The notes: generated by a model from the sequence alone, not told the origin. 32,000 bases of DNA from Mycobacterium leprae TN (GCF_000195855.1 NC_002677.1:2250001-2282000); one strand, 5' to 3'. Shown: positions 1 through 12,300, counted from the first letter of the stretch. Made by a program: numbers and translations.

Positions 1-1049
1 CTTTGGACCTATTCAGGATCTGGTTCATTAATCGGAAAGCCGTTGAAAAACTTGGCCGCCATGCACCCTGACCGACAATTATCGGAATGCCAATAACTAC
101 CGCAGGAACCCGCGGAGTGCTGCTCACGCAACTCACGAAACAGCTTGGCATTCTTCCACACGTTAACAAAGCCAGTACCAAAACCATAGTAAGACAAAGC
201 TTTTGCCGTAAGAAAAACGGTCATGGATGACGACCATTGAGGCGTAAACATCACCCACTGGGTCAATGAAACACACCAGCAGGACCGCTACGCACATATT
301 CAAACCAGCCAAAGCACCCGACTGGCAGAGTGGCGACAGATGAAAGAAGGAACCACCGGAAAGCACCCACTCACTGTTAGCAACCAACCAATCGTAAAGC
401 TGTATTTGCTAAACAGTGTTGTTGAGGTGCACGTCTTTCCAGACATCGGCGTCACGGCCGGAGGGTCGCAGCCGGGTGATCCGCAAAGTGGCGCCATACC
501 AGCCTGCCAACGTGGCGAATTCGTCGAGTTCGTCAACATTGTGCCGAGTAACCACCACGGCGGTCTTCGCATCGGAGAAGCCTTCTACGGCAAGTTTTTC
601 CAATGCACACGTCGCCATGGCGAATGACCCGGCACCGCGGCTGGCGTCGTTGGCCTCGGCGACGGCACAGTCGAGCTAAATTTGAACATCCACATAGCAA
701 CGGGCTGCCAACCGCACGAAGAATCCGGCTGTGATCCGGACCCCTTTGGTAGAGAACTTCATTTTCTACATGGTACGCGGTCACGTCATGAACCAACTCC
801 CAAAAAGTCCATGAGTAAGGTAGGTTCACAGCCACTGATGTTGACATAAAACAGCCGCATGCGTTCTCGCTCGTCAATGATGTCCTTGTATGGCAAAGGT
901 AGACAACTCTCGGAGATCGAGCTCACCTGAAGACGACAAGCAGTGCACGTACGCGAGATTGATGCATACATCATATACCAGGTTAGGCAGATGGGAGCAT
1001 CCAGCCGCTCCTCGAGCTACTCTATCAGAAAGGGAACTCCGGCCTTCAT
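1..1049 (-). pseudogene. mftC: mycofactocin radical SAM maturase MftC relic, multiple frameshifts/stops, continues off left edge
   Basis: Minus-strand fragments in several frames: 'CINLAYVHCLSSSGELDLRELS', 'KDIIDERERMRLFYVNISGCEPT', 'AVEGFSDAKTAVVVTRHNVDELDEFATLAGWYGATLRITRLRPSGRDADVWKDVH', 'LSGGSFFHLSPLCQSGALAGLNMC...VCFIDPVGDVYA', 'FVNVWKNAKLFRELREQHSAGSCGSYWHSDNCRSGCMAAKFFNGFPINEPDPE'. Matches MftC (Rv0693) over its length, including the SPASM-like C-terminus. Confidence 0.93.
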
Positions 1050-1054
1050 TGGCG

Positions 1055-1380
1055 CTGTCATTTGCTCTCCTTGAATTCCTGTTGAGCCACAAGCATGTTG
1101 GCACTTGGCCAACTCTTGGAACGCATACCAGTAGGGGGACCTGCCTGGATTCGTCAACCCCGGCAACGAGGCAATTGGATAGGACATCAAAATGGTAGGC
1201 GAGCGATTGCACCACTGCAAGGATGGTAAGATTTTTCAGGAACGATAGTTTGCCGGCGCCAAAGTGGTTACAGCAGAGCACCAAAAAGTTCTCGACGAAT
1301 CGCTAACTGTGGTTGTAACTTCCACCCGAGATTGGGGTCTCACAGCCACTAGTACTACGAGTCTACGTGGGTGCGGGCAC
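1055..1380 (-). pseudogene. mftB: mycofactocin peptide chaperone MftB relic
   Basis: Minus frames give 'DPNLGWKLQPQLAIRRELFGALL*' then, frameshifted, 'HFGAGKLSFLKNLTILAVVQSLAYHFDVLSNCLVAGVDESRQVP', matching MftB (Rv0692). Lies between the mftA and mftC relics. Confidence 0.88.
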
Positions 1381-1382
1381 CC

Positions 1383-1471
1383 TCAGCAGATATCGCACAT
1401 ACCATCGGTAGACATCTCTTCAACAGGATTTCTGTGACGAGATCTGCGCCAGCATCGGTCTCGTAGTCCAT
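1383..1471 (-). pseudogene. mftA: mycofactocin precursor peptide MftA relic (one-base frameshift)
   Basis: Minus strand reads ATG-DYETDAGADLVTEIL, then in the next frame VEEMSTDGMCDIC-stop. Matches the MftA pattern ...LVTETLVEEVSIDGMCGVY. 89 nt, one short of a whole number of codons. Confidence 0.88.
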
Positions 1472-1559
1472 GCGAATTACTTTTTACCAAAGAGACTGAA
1501 CAACAGGTCGATCTGGTCACAATCGCCGCTGTAATATGGCATAGAATGCCGAAAAGAGT

Positions 1560-2206
1560 GCGGTTCAGTGCTGCCGTAGTCACGGGGTGGGCAAACGACG
1601 TTCGACAACGCCACATCAACATCTCCGACACGGCCTTCAAGTGGTGTTTGCCGCTCGGGATTTTGCCGAAGTGAGCTTCAACGAAATCACGGAGACAGCG
1701 GGCATCGCCCGCTGTCTCCTCTTCTGCCAATATGCGGCCAAAAGCTATCCCCCAGAGACGGCTTCAGCACCCGACTCGCTCAGCTAAAGGGCCTACTCAA
1801 CAACGTTTGATCCGCGTATTCCGCTGGAAGAAGCACTGTGCTCGGCATCGTTGGCCTTCCTTTCAATATCTTCGACGAGTCTGAGACAGTACTGCACCCC
1901 TAGCGCATCCGAATCATCTCCTGCAAACAACGGAACTGCAGACTTACTCGATAACGATGTACGCCGGCTGGCGTTAGATGACCGCCGAGTTTGTCGCAGG
2001 CCAGTTGGGCGTCAAGATGACCAACCTACTATCCCAAAAGATCTCCTGGCAAGGCTGTGGAGTCCGCACTACGGCCGCTACAAGCACTGACTGACTGATG
2101 AATCGGTGCAGTTGCCCAAGGCGCACTCGCTAACGTGTTAGACGTGGTCGAGGCCCAACTCGCAAAGCTCAACCCTGAACCACACCGGCTACGATACAGA
2201 GCGAAG
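1560..2206 (+). pseudogene. mftR: TetR-family regulator MftR relic
   Basis: Plus-strand 'VGKRRSTTPHQHLRHGLQVVFAARDFAEVSFNEITETAGIARCLLF' (TetR HTH), then 'DESETVLHP', 'MTAEFVAGQLGVKMTN', and C-terminal 'GALANVLDVVEAQLAKLNPEPH'. Divergent from mftA as in Rv0691c. Confidence 0.85.
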
Positions 2207-2209
2207 CAA

Positions 2210-2900
2210 TGAGAATACTTCCTGCTTACGCGAGGAGAACGGCGCATATGCTTGCCAAGCACCTGTTGCACACGCTGCGATCGCAGAAGAGGTCTGTACA
2301 ACCTACTCTCCGATGCACTCCGCGGTGCTGGAACTCGCGGCCAACGACGTCGAAACCGGGCAGGGTCTTCGCGACCATCTTGGCCGGACACGAAAACGCC
2401 CCAGCACGCCAAGGGGTGCCGTTTCGGCTGCTCGGCGGACTGTATCGATTGCAGACGGATAGTTGGGCAACAGAAGAATTATGTCACTGGTATCCCAGCG
2501 TCGGCTGCTGCTGGTACGCCGAATCCAGCTTGCCCTATAGCATTCCACACCGCCACCGACCGGATCGAATCACTACTTGCAACATTAGGTCAACCACCAC
2601 ATACCAACGAGGTCGGTCAATCCGGGGTGCTGATCAGTGGGCTGCTGCACCTGATTCATCAAGAGGGTCACCAATTCTCTTTCCCGGAAAGATCTTTCGA
2701 TTTCTGATCGAACGCTGAGCTTAATCTGCAGGCAGACCCTACTGGCAGGTTCGGTTCGGATCGTCTAACTGAACGGGTAAAACGTCACGACCCTCGAGGT
2801 CACCAGCTCCGACGGAAAATGACGGTGTTGAGCTACGCCTAGTCCGACCAGAGCGCACGGCTGCAACGGCTGTAAGGCGTCATCGCTGTAGGCTAGGAAG
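2210..2900 (+). pseudogene. DUF2332-family protein relic (Rv0690c-like), 3' part missing
   Basis: Plus fragments 'LYNLLSDALR', 'VFATILAGHENAPARQGVPFRLLGGLYRLQTDSWATEELCHWYPSVG', 'HTNEVGQSGVLISGLLHLIHQEG', 'SNAELNLQADPTG', 'TVLSYA*SDQSARLQRL'. Confidence 0.68.
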
Positions 2901-2929
2901 ATCCCGACGTGGCTGATATGCTAAACGGC

Positions 2930-3860
2930 AGACGAGGCGGTCGCCGGTCTGGTGCACTGGCAGTAGCGATCTGAACAAGCTGCAGCATTTCGAATATAGC
3001 TTGCCCACGGCTGTTCTGGAGTTTATTTTCATACTTTTGCCCAAAGTCCCTCCGCCAACAACGCTGAACCAGTACCCCGTCGCGGTCAGGAGAGACCAAG
3101 AATATGCAGCCATCTTCCTCGACGGGATGGACGCTATCGGTGGCGCGCGACACCCCGGGACATTGAATCTTGACGTCATATTGGTCGCTCCAGAAATATG
3201 GAACAACCACGGTCGAAGATACGTCGCGACCCGGCAGCGCAAGCGCAACAACCCAGTCCTGAGCAGCGTAGTTGCTCCAATGTTCTACCCGAGCTTAGTG
3301 TCCCATCGGATCCACGCCAGAAGGCGACGTCACCGAGCACCCGTACATTCGACGCGCCGGTGCGTCCGTCCTCGTCACAAATGACACCGTTATCGACCTC
3401 GATTCCGCTTCCGTCTAGCCATTCGGTCGCCAGACGTGACCCGATCCCGACAACCACCAGATAAGCCAGCGCTTCCGTACTGGCGGTGAGCAGCACCGTG
3501 TCGACATACCGCTGACCACGCACCTCGGCATTAAGCCTGTCGCGATGATGAGTTAGCCGTAGCCGGGCACCATCCCGTCGTCCAGAGTCACCGTCTGGTG
3601 ATGGATGTCGAGGCTGTTAGCGGCCGAGCCCAACCGCAGGGCGATGTCTTTCTCGTCGTACCACTCAACATAGTTTGTAGAGTGACGTTATAGACCTCCT
3701 TGGAGAGCGGCAGCCGATCTCATACGGCAGATCACGTCGTTGCCGATAATAGGATAATAGATGGGATCGGTATAGTCGGCTCTGCGCAGTTACTTAGCGG
3801 TTCGAGCGGTATCGGCCCCTCGCAGGGGATTACGTTGCCCTTGTCAGTTATGTGCAGTCC
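2930..3860 (-). pseudogene. FAD-dependent ferredoxin reductase relic (Rv0688-like)
   Basis: Minus fragments 'RLPLSKEVY', 'LRLGSAANSLDIHHQTVTLDDGMVPGYG*LIIATGLMPR', 'ATEWLDGSGIEVDNGVICDEDGRTGASNVRVLGDVAFWR', 'PYFWSDQYDVKIQCPG'. Confidence 0.82.
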
Positions 3861-3875
3861 ATACCCAATCGCCGG

Positions 3876-4750
<875 letters not shown>

Positions 4751-4939
4751 GCGCCAACTGATAGGCCAACAGCAAAAAATAAAACTGTTATAGGCTATCC
4801 TGCGTAGTCGGAATTCAGAGATAATCTGAACCCAGCCTGGCATTGTACTTCTGTTTTGGCCAAAACACCGCTGACGCGGAGCGTCTCGAGCTCCTGGAGC
4901 CATTGCTCGATCGACGGTTGCGACGGCGAGACGACCAGT

Positions 4940-5353
4940 ACCAAGTTGGACAGCCGATGCTTACTGTTCGGTCACCCCCAGTGCACAAACGCTTAGATCT
5001 ACTAATCTAGTCTCAGATACGACCGGATGTCAACCATTCAGTTGAGCAGAACATTGTTGATCTAGAAGATCTGTAGGATATCCATCAACGGGCCAGTTTG
5101 CCCATTGAAGTCCGTAGGTTTGGTTGGCTTCGGCCACAGTGAAAAATTGCGCGGGCACCAGCACGTTGACCAAAGTTCCTCGCTCGCCGTCTATTTCAGT
5201 ATTCCTAGGTGGTCGGGTTAACCAGATGACGAGCTTATGTGCATTGAAGTTGCCCAGCCGTATAGCGCTGGCAATGACCAAGTCTTTGACTACATAAATG
5301 GCAAAAACCAGATCCGAAGACTGCAAGCTTACCTTCCACCACGGGTTGTTCAT
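4940..5353 (-). pseudogene. probable coding relic of unidentified family, in the position of Rv0686
   Basis: ORF 5030..5353 (-) 'MNNPWWKVSLQSSDLVFAIYVVKDLVIASAIRLGN...' and a downstream minus frame 'LSNLVLVVSPSQPSIEQWLQELETLRVSGVLAKT' look protein-like. Family not recognised; assigned by position only. Confidence 0.3.
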
Positions 5354-5789
5354 TTATACGAGCACCCGTCTCGGTGAGCCCGGTAATTTGGGCGAGCGCC
5401 AACACCCCGTGCTGCTCAAGCTCCGCGGTTTTGTCAGCGGATTTAGCCCCGTAGTTAGGTGAACACCAGCGCTATCAACACGTCAACGACGGTGATGAGC
5501 AGACCAACATAGGAACATATATTACAGCAGGATGCCCAATCCCAGGACGAATTAGACAACCAGAAAGATCTGCCCGACTAGGCCACCTCACAGCAAGGCC
5601 AACAACTGTGTCTTAAGACAGCGTGCTAGTACCTGCATCCCCTCGCCGCGCAGGTAAGTACATGCTACATTAAGCGCCAGCGAGACTGCCACGAGCCGCA
5701 TAAACTCAAAAGAAACGGCGCCTATCCTTTCGGATGAGCGCCGTTTCGCAAATGTGGACCGTTGTAACCACCTGGCCCGTTGATGCGAC

Positions 5790-6980
5790 TTACTTGATGA
5801 TCTTGACGACCCGGCCGGCACCAACAGTGCGACCACCTTCGCGGATCGCGAAGCGCAAACCCTCGTCCATGGCAACGGGCTGAATCAACGTCACCGAGAT
5901 GTTGGTGTTGTCACCTGGCATCACCATCTCGGTGCCCTCCGGCAAAGTCACCACACCGGTCACATCAGTGGTACGGAAGTAGAACTGCGGACGGTAGTTG
6001 TTGAAGAACGGTGTGTGCCGACCACCTTCGTCCTTGGACAGGATGTATACTTGGCCTTCGAACTCGGTATGCGGGGTGGTGGTGCCGGGTTTGATGACCA
6101 CCTGACCACGCTCGACGTCCTCGCGCTTGATGCCACGCAACAACAGACCAACGTTATCACCGGCCTGACCTTGGTCGAGCAGCTTACGAAACATTTCCAC
6201 ACCCGTGACGGTGGTCTTGGTGGTCGTCTGACGAATGCCGACGATCTCAACTTCCTCGTTCACGTTGACCACGCCGCGCTCCACCCGACCGGTGACCACG
6301 GTGCCACGACCGGTGATAGTGAAGACGTCCTCAACGGGCATCAGGAACGGCTTGTCAGTCTCGCGGACTGGAGCCGGGATCGACTCGTCGACAGCGTCCA
6401 TCAACTGTGTGACAGACTCGACCCACTTGGCGTCACCCTCGAGCGCCTTCAATGCCGAGACACGCACAACCGGGGCGTCCTCGTCGAATTCCTGGGCAGC
6501 CAGCAACTCACGGACTTCCATCTCGACAAGCTCGAGTAGTTCCTCGTCGTCCACGGCGTCGGACTTGTTAAGTGCGACCAGGATGTAAGGTACACCCACC
6601 TGACGAGCGAGCAGCACGTGCTCGCGAGTCTGCGGCATCGGGCCGTCTGTAGCAGCGACCACCAGAATCGCACCATCCATCTGGGCCGCACCGGTGATCA
6701 TGTTCTTAATGTAGTCGGCGTGCCCCGGGGCGTCGACGTGAGCATAGTGACGCTTCTCGGTCTGATACTCCACGTGGGAAATGTTGATGGTGATACCGCG
6801 CTGACGCTCCTCGGGCGCGTTGTCAATCTGGTCAAAGGCGCGCGACTCATTCAGGTTGGGGAACTTGTCATGCAGGACCTTGGTAATAGCCGCGGTCAAT
6901 GTGGTCTTGCCGTGGTCAACGTGACCGATGGTCCCGATGTTGACGTGCGGCTTCGTCCGCTCGAACTTCGCCTTCGCCAC
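5790..6980 (-). CDS. tuf: elongation factor Tu
   Basis: 396 aa ORF; '[25 protein letters not shown]', '[26 protein letters not shown]', full-length EF-Tu. Confidence 0.99.
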   Translation of the reverse strand: MAKAKFERTKPHVNIGTIGHVDHGKTTLTAAITKVLHDKFPNLNESRAFDQIDNAPEERQRGITINISHVEYQTEKRHYAHVDAPGHADYIKNMITGAAQMDGAILVVAATDGPMPQTREHVLLARQVGVPYILVALNKSDAVDDEELLELVEMEVRELLAAQEFDEDAPVVRVSALKALEGDAKWVESVTQLMDAVDESIPAPVRETDKPFLMPVEDVFTITGRGTVVTGRVERGVVNVNEEVEIVGIRQTTTKTTVTGVEMFRKLLDQGQAGDNVGLLLRGIKREDVERGQVVIKPGTTTPHTEFEGQVYILSKDEGGRHTPFFNNYRPQFYFRTTDVTGVVTLPEGTEMVMPGDNTNISVTLIQPVAMDEGLRFAIREGGRTVGAGRVVKIIK

Positions 6981-7088
6981 TTCTGTGTCCTCCTGGACTA
7001 TTGGTGCTTGTAAAAAGCAATGTTAGTAATTTATCCGCGGTAGTGACCGCGTCAGCATAACTCGTAGGCTTTTCCGACCACTCAACTC

Positions 7089-9194
7089 CTACTCGCCCGT
7101 CGCCTTCGCGATGATCTCCTTCGACACGTTCGCCGGCACTTCGGAGTACGAGTTGAACACCATGGAGTAGTTCGCCCGGCCTTGCGTCTTGGACCGCAGG
7201 TCTCCGACGTAGCCGAACATCTCCGACAACGGCACGTGCGCCCTCACGACACGCGTGCCAGCGCGCTCCTTCATTGCCTGAATCTGGCCGCGGCGGGAGT
7301 GCAAGTCGCCGATCACGTCACCCATGTAGTCCTCGGGCGTAGTGACCTCGACGGCCATGATCGGTTCCAGAATCACCGGCTGTGCTTGCGCAGCAGCCTT
7401 TTTCAGCACCTGCGAACCAGCGATTTTGAACGCGATTTCCGACGAGTCGACGTCGTGGTACGCACCATCAAGCAGGGTAACCTTTAAGTTCACCAGCGGG
7501 TAGCCGGCCAGCACACCGTACTGCATGGCATCTCGCGCACCAGCTTCCACAGAAGGGATGTATTCGCGCGGGATGCGGCCACCAGTGACTTTATTCTCGA
7601 ACTCATAGGTCGCGCCGTTCTCGCCGCTAAACGGCTCGAGTTTGATGATGACCTTGGCGAACTGACCCGAACCACCAGTCTGCTTCTTGTGAGTGTACTC
7701 GACGGTCTCCACGACTCGGCGGATGGTCTCTTTGTACGCCACCTGCGGCTTGCCGACATTGGCCTCGACCTTAAACTCGCGGCGCATCCGATCGACCAGG
7801 ATGTCCAGATGCAACTCGCCCATTCCGCCGATCACAGTCTGACCGGTTTCGGAGTCCAAGTGCACCTTGAAGGTCGGGTCCTCTTCAGCGAGCTTCTGGA
7901 TCGACAGGCTGAGCTTCTCCTGGTCGCTCTTAGTTTTCGGCTCGATGGCCACCTCGATCACCGGGTCGGGGAAGGTCATCGACTCGAGCACGATCTGGTT
8001 ATTCGGGTCGGCTAGAGTGTCGCCGGTGGTGGTGTCCTTGAGTCCGATCACCGCGTAGATATGACCGGCTGACGCAGTCTCCACCGGGTTTTCCTTGTTG
8101 GAATGCATCTGGAACAGCTTGCCCAGACGCTCCTTCTTGCCTTTGGTCGCGTTAATGACCTGACTGCCGGAATCAACCTTGCCAGAGTACACCCGGACGT
8201 AGGTAAGCTTGCCGAAGAAGGGATGTGTCGCCACCTTGAACGCCAGCGCGGATAACGGTTCATCGGTCGACGGCTTACGGACGATCTCCTCGTCCTCTTT
8301 GCCCGGTACGTGGCCGATGGCCGCCGGCACGTCCAACGGCGAGGGCAGGTAGTCGATGACGGCGTCGAGCATCGGCTGGACACCTTTGTTCTTGAACGCG
8401 CTACCGCACAGTACCGGGTACGCCTCCGAGCTGATAGTCAACTTGCGGATCGCCCCCTTAATCTCGGCGACCGTGAGCTCTTCGCCACTGAAGTATTTTT
8501 CCAGCAACGCCTCGTCGGTTTCCGCGACGGTCTCGAGCAGGTTGGTACGGTACTCCTCGGCTTTCTCCTGCAAATCTGTCGGTATGCCAACGACATCGTA
8601 CTTCTCACCGAGCTTGGCCTCAGTACTCCACACCTTGGCCTTCATCTCAACCAAGTCGACGACACCTTCAAAGTCCCCCTCAGAGCCGACAGGTAGCTGA
8701 ATGGGAATGACGTTGGCGCCCAACCGCTCCTGCATGGTGCGAACCGAAAAATAGAAGTCGGCGCCGATCTTGTCCATCTTGTTGACGAAGCAGATACGCG
8801 GGACCTCATATTTATCAGCCTGCCGCCAAACCTGCTCGGACTGCGGCTCGACACCTTCCTTGCCGTCGAAAACCGCAACGGCGCCATCAAGAACACGGAG
8901 CGAACGCTCAACTTCCACAGTAAAATCAACGTGGCCAGGCGTGTCAATAATGTTGATCTGGTTGTCATTCCAAAAGCAAGTAGTGGCAGCGGAGGTGATA
9001 GTGATCCCGCGTTCTTGCTCCTGCTCCATCCAGTCCATGGTTGCGGCACCGTCGTGAACCTCACCAATCTTGTAGCTGATACCGGTGTAGTAGAGGATGC
9101 GCTCTGTCGTCGTCGTCTTGCCGGCATCAATATGCGCCATGATGCCGATGTTGCGGACCTTAGTGAGATCGGTCAGCACGTCCTTTTGTGCCAC
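7089..9194 (-). CDS. fusA: elongation factor G
   Basis: 701 aa ORF; '[22 protein letters not shown]', '[26 protein letters not shown]', '[13 protein letters not shown]'. Confidence 0.99.
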   Translation of the reverse strand: MAQKDVLTDLTKVRNIGIMAHIDAGKTTTTERILYYTGISYKIGEVHDGAATMDWMEQEQERGITITSAATTCFWNDNQINIIDTPGHVDFTVEVERSLRVLDGAVAVFDGKEGVEPQSEQVWRQADKYEVPRICFVNKMDKIGADFYFSVRTMQERLGANVIPIQLPVGSEGDFEGVVDLVEMKAKVWSTEAKLGEKYDVVGIPTDLQEKAEEYRTNLLETVAETDEALLEKYFSGEELTVAEIKGAIRKLTISSEAYPVLCGSAFKNKGVQPMLDAVIDYLPSPLDVPAAIGHVPGKEDEEIVRKPSTDEPLSALAFKVATHPFFGKLTYVRVYSGKVDSGSQVINATKGKKERLGKLFQMHSNKENPVETASAGHIYAVIGLKDTTTGDTLADPNNQIVLESMTFPDPVIEVAIEPKTKSDQEKLSLSIQKLAEEDPTFKVHLDSETGQTVIGGMGELHLDILVDRMRREFKVEANVGKPQVAYKETIRRVVETVEYTHKKQTGGSGQFAKVIIKLEPFSGENGATYEFENKVTGGRIPREYIPSVEAGARDAMQYGVLAGYPLVNLKVTLLDGAYHDVDSSEIAFKIAGSQVLKKAAAQAQPVILEPIMAVEVTTPEDYMGDVIGDLHSRRGQIQAMKERAGTRVVRAHVPLSEMFGYVGDLRSKTQGRANYSMVFNSYSEVPANVSKEIIAKATGE

Positions 9195-9287
9195 AAAAGT
9201 CTTCCCACTCTATTCGGTTGCTTGATTAGCTATCAGTCTGCTTTGCTGGCTCCTCGCTGATGTTGCTCTCTCCGGTGGCGCCATCCT

Positions 9288-9758
9288 CTACCAACGATAG
9301 TGCGCAAACGCCCGGTTTGCCTCAGCCATCTTATGGGTGTCTTCGCGCCGCTTCACGGAGGCTCCGAGACCATTGCTAGCATCCAGGATCTCGTTTGCCA
9401 AACGCTCAATCATGGTCTTCTCCCGACGTTGCCGCGAGAAGCCGACGAGCCAGCGCAACGCCAGCGTGGTCGATCGGTCTGGCCGAACCTCGACAGGCAC
9501 TTGATAAGTCGCACCGCCAACGCGACGGCTACGCACCTCGAGGGCCGGCTTAACGTTGTCGAGAGCACGCTTGAGAGTGATGACGGGATCGGTGCCGGTC
9601 TTGTCGCGGGCGTGCTCGAGCGCACCATAAACAATGCGTTCGGCCAGCGATTTCTTCCCTTTCAGCAGAATTTTGTTCACCAGCTGGGTGACCAACTGCG
9701 ACCCATAGACAGGGTCGTTGACCAACGGACGCTTGGGTGCGGGCCCCTTGCGTGGCAT
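9288..9758 (-). CDS. rpsG: 30S ribosomal protein S7
   Basis: 156 aa '[48 protein letters not shown]...', full-length S7. Confidence 0.99.
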   Translation of the reverse strand: MPRKGPAPKRPLVNDPVYGSQLVTQLVNKILLKGKKSLAERIVYGALEHARDKTGTDPVITLKRALDNVKPALEVRSRRVGGATYQVPVEVRPDRSTTLALRWLVGFSRQRREKTMIERLANEILDASNGLGASVKRREDTHKMAEANRAFAHYRW

Positions 9759-10132
9759 CAGCTCTTCTCCTTCTTGGCTCCATAGCGGCTACGAGCCTGC
9801 TTCCGGTTCTTGACACCCTGGGTGTCGAGCGAACCGCGAATGATTTTGTAACGCACACCAGGCAGATCTTTCACCCGGCCACCACGCACCAACACCATGG
9901 AGTGTTCCTGTAGGTTGTGACCCTCGCCTGGTATGTACGCTGTGACCTCAACCTGACTCGTCAGCTTCACGCGGGCAACCTTGCGAAGCGCCGAGTTCGG
10001 CTTCTTCGGGGTGGAAGTGTACACACGGGTGCAAACACCGCGACGCTGTGGGTTGCCCTTCAGAGCCGCAGTCTTGACCTTGCCAATCTTGTCTCGACGA
10101 CCCTTGCGTACCAGCTGCTGAATGGTGGGCAT
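9758..10132 (-). CDS. rpsL: 30S ribosomal protein S12 (start trimmed from the longer ORF to [15 protein letters not shown])
   Basis: 124 aa '[57 protein letters not shown]...GAKKEKS'; CAT (ATG on minus) at 10130-10132. Confidence 0.98.
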   Translation of the reverse strand: MPTIQQLVRKGRRDKIGKVKTAALKGNPQRRGVCTRVYTSTPKKPNSALRKVARVKLTSQVEVTAYIPGEGHNLQEHSMVLVRGGRVKDLPGVRYKIIRGSLDTQGVKNRKQARSRYGAKKEKS

Positions 10133-10656
10133 ATACCGGCTCCCAGGTAAATTGTGTTCGTTGTTAACATGTTGGCGTAGTGCAATTATTCCCTGCCGCA
10201 GTGCCCTGTGATCGGGCATGTCGCATATACTCGCCCCGTAACCCTAAATACTAAAATCCGTTGCATCATGGACATGCGAATTAGCCCGGCATCACACCCC
10301 TAAACATCAGGCGCCGTAAGCCGTCAGGAACGAGAAACACAATACCCGTCCCTGCTCGGGCAGGTCAAAGCGACCCAACGGCGCATCCGAAATGCCCACC
10401 GATGCCGACAGGTTGCGCTAAAGCTCAGCCGGCGGCCATACCACTTGCCACTGCAAAAGCGCCCACCACAGGAAGCGAAACCGCTACAGCTCGTCGAGAT
10501 TACTATCGCACTCAAAGCTACGCAACTGCTACAGACGCGCGTGGCAAGTCAATTCGGTGATGACGGAGTAGTTGAAGGCGAGGCCAAGATGGCGGCGACT
10601 GCCACTAAGACCACCACCGACCGCCGGTGGCGTGCCTGACATGCCGAACACAAAAG

Positions 10657-11040
10657 CTACCTGGAAAGACGGACCATCAAACAAATTCGGGGTGCAGCCC
10701 AGAAACCGAGAGAGTGCAGTCGGCCAGCACAGGTACCGACGCTCAAAAACTGCTCCTGTAAGCCCACCGCAACAAAATCCTCGGCAACTCTTAAAGTCCA
10801 TATCCATAGTAGCAAACCAGTAACGCTTTGTACGTGCTGTACAATCGAGCTTGTCTCAACAGAACTCACACCTTGTGCAAACACAAAAGCGAAGCCGCGC
10901 AGCCCCGTCAACAGCCCAACAGTTAGAGCACTACTCGCGATCAGAGGCACAAAACGCTAGTACCCAAGCTTACGCATGATCCGTTTCCGAGAAATCAACA
11001 GCAGCGCAACGCCCACACCCACTGGGGCAAGCCACCACGA
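10657..11040 (-). pseudogene. fragment of a membrane-protein-like gene, family unidentified
   Basis: Minus strand 'SWWLAPVGVGVALLLISRKRIMRKLGY*RFVPLIASSALTVGLLTGLRGFAFVFAQGV...' is hydrophobic and protein-like with an internal stop. Confidence 0.3.
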
Positions 11041-11819
11041 TAAGCGCCAGCACAAACACTTACTACCATTAGCAAGACCGCCTTATGCTGCCAGCGAGCC
11101 TGCTCATTCTCAATAAGAGGTATCATTCACCACTTCGTGCCCCTGCTGCTAGGCACAAACGTTCCAGCGTCATACGTAAACCCACCGTCTCAATCATCGA
11201 AACAACACTCTAATTCGGGAAGTGGTCAGCAGCGTAATCGATTACCACAACAAATATGGGGTAATCGATTAGTCGTGTGCACGAACACAAAAGCCGCATA
11301 CGAATAATTGCTCTTCGCTAAGCCACCAGGCTAATATTCGCAACACCAAGCTACCGTGGACTGCACAACCGCCTCAACCGAATCGAGAAGGCCAGTGCGT
11401 AACACATGCGTATCAACGCTGGCAAACAACAGTCAGAACGCCGCGACATATCATTTTTGACGAAGCAGTACATCCGATAGGAAAATATCTCGCTTTCCAG
11501 CGCATGACGGGAGATCGATACCCACCTAGCTGCTAAATCACAGACTAAGCGTTGCAGCCAAGCTGATATATTAAGTATTCAGTCATGCCCATCCACTGTT
11601 ACGAATTTTTCCCTTGCCCACGCCTAACCTCGGTGATAGCATCCCTGTGCAACACCACTCGCATCGGAGCGTCAGCCAACATCACCTCCTATGCGACAAC
11701 ACCATTGTTGGGGACCATTGTTGGGGCTAGAAATCGGCGTATAGGAAACGTCCTTCCGACCGCAGCACGCCCGCCACCATTCGGCAAGAAATCATGGAAG
11801 ACCGGAGATAATTAAGTCG

Positions 11820-12300
11820 AGGATTCGATGTTGACGACGGCATCGAAAGATTGCTCGGAAAGATTGCTCGGCAAAGGGCAAGATTTGTACGTCACCTCGC
11901 ACGAAATCTAGGCCAAACAAATGATATTATTTATCGACCAAAGGGACACCGGTCGAGTTCAAGTCCATACCGATATATAACACCGGATGCAAAGTAAGCA
12001 TCAGTTATAAGGCTCCACTGCCGCGGCCGCAACCGACTTCCAGGACCCGTTTGTCACTGATATCCGCCTGGAGTGGCCGTGCGCGATGGTAAAGCTGGAT
12101 CACACCCCCATTGGTCTCGTCGAAGGCAGCCAACTGCAAAGACATTGACGTATCTTCCTCGTAGCCAAAGTTAAGGAATACATCGTCGGCGCCAAGTCGG
12201 CGGGTGACAAGGGGATAAGCCCACTTGTGGAGCTTCCGATCGACCAGCTTCCAATAAAAAGTGAGCTGTGCAGCACACGATCCCTGAAATAGCGGAACGG
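11820..12300 (-). pseudogene. SAM-dependent methyltransferase fragment (phthiotriol/phenolphthiotriol methyltransferase-like), truncated at its C-terminal side
   Basis: 'KLHKWAYPLVTRRLGADDVFLNFGYEEDTSMSLQLAAFDETNGGVIQLYHRARPLQADISDKRVLEVGCGRGSG' then 'GLDFVRGDVQILPFAEQSF' and 'FDAVVNIES'. These are SAM-MTase motif I and following motifs in the right order. Confidence 0.78.

Noticed and set aside
409-618. A free-standing small protein of 69 aa (MATCALEKLAVEGFSD...)
   Set aside because: It is an internal fragment of the frameshifted mftC relic, not a new small gene.
6015-6539. Plus-strand ORF of 174 aa antisense to tuf
   Set aside because: Mirror ORF caused by high-GC codon bias of a strongly conserved gene. 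No family motif; many similar antisense ORFs lie opposite fusA, rpoC and rpoB.
8048-8383. Alternative-frame minus ORFs inside fusA (also 7490..7759, 8642..9130)
   Set aside because: Out-of-frame overlap of the intact EF-G gene; no independent support.
9758-10219. Longer 153 aa version of rpsL starting at 10219
   Set aside because: The first 29 residues are not part of S12. The conserved start [11 protein letters not shown] is at 10132.
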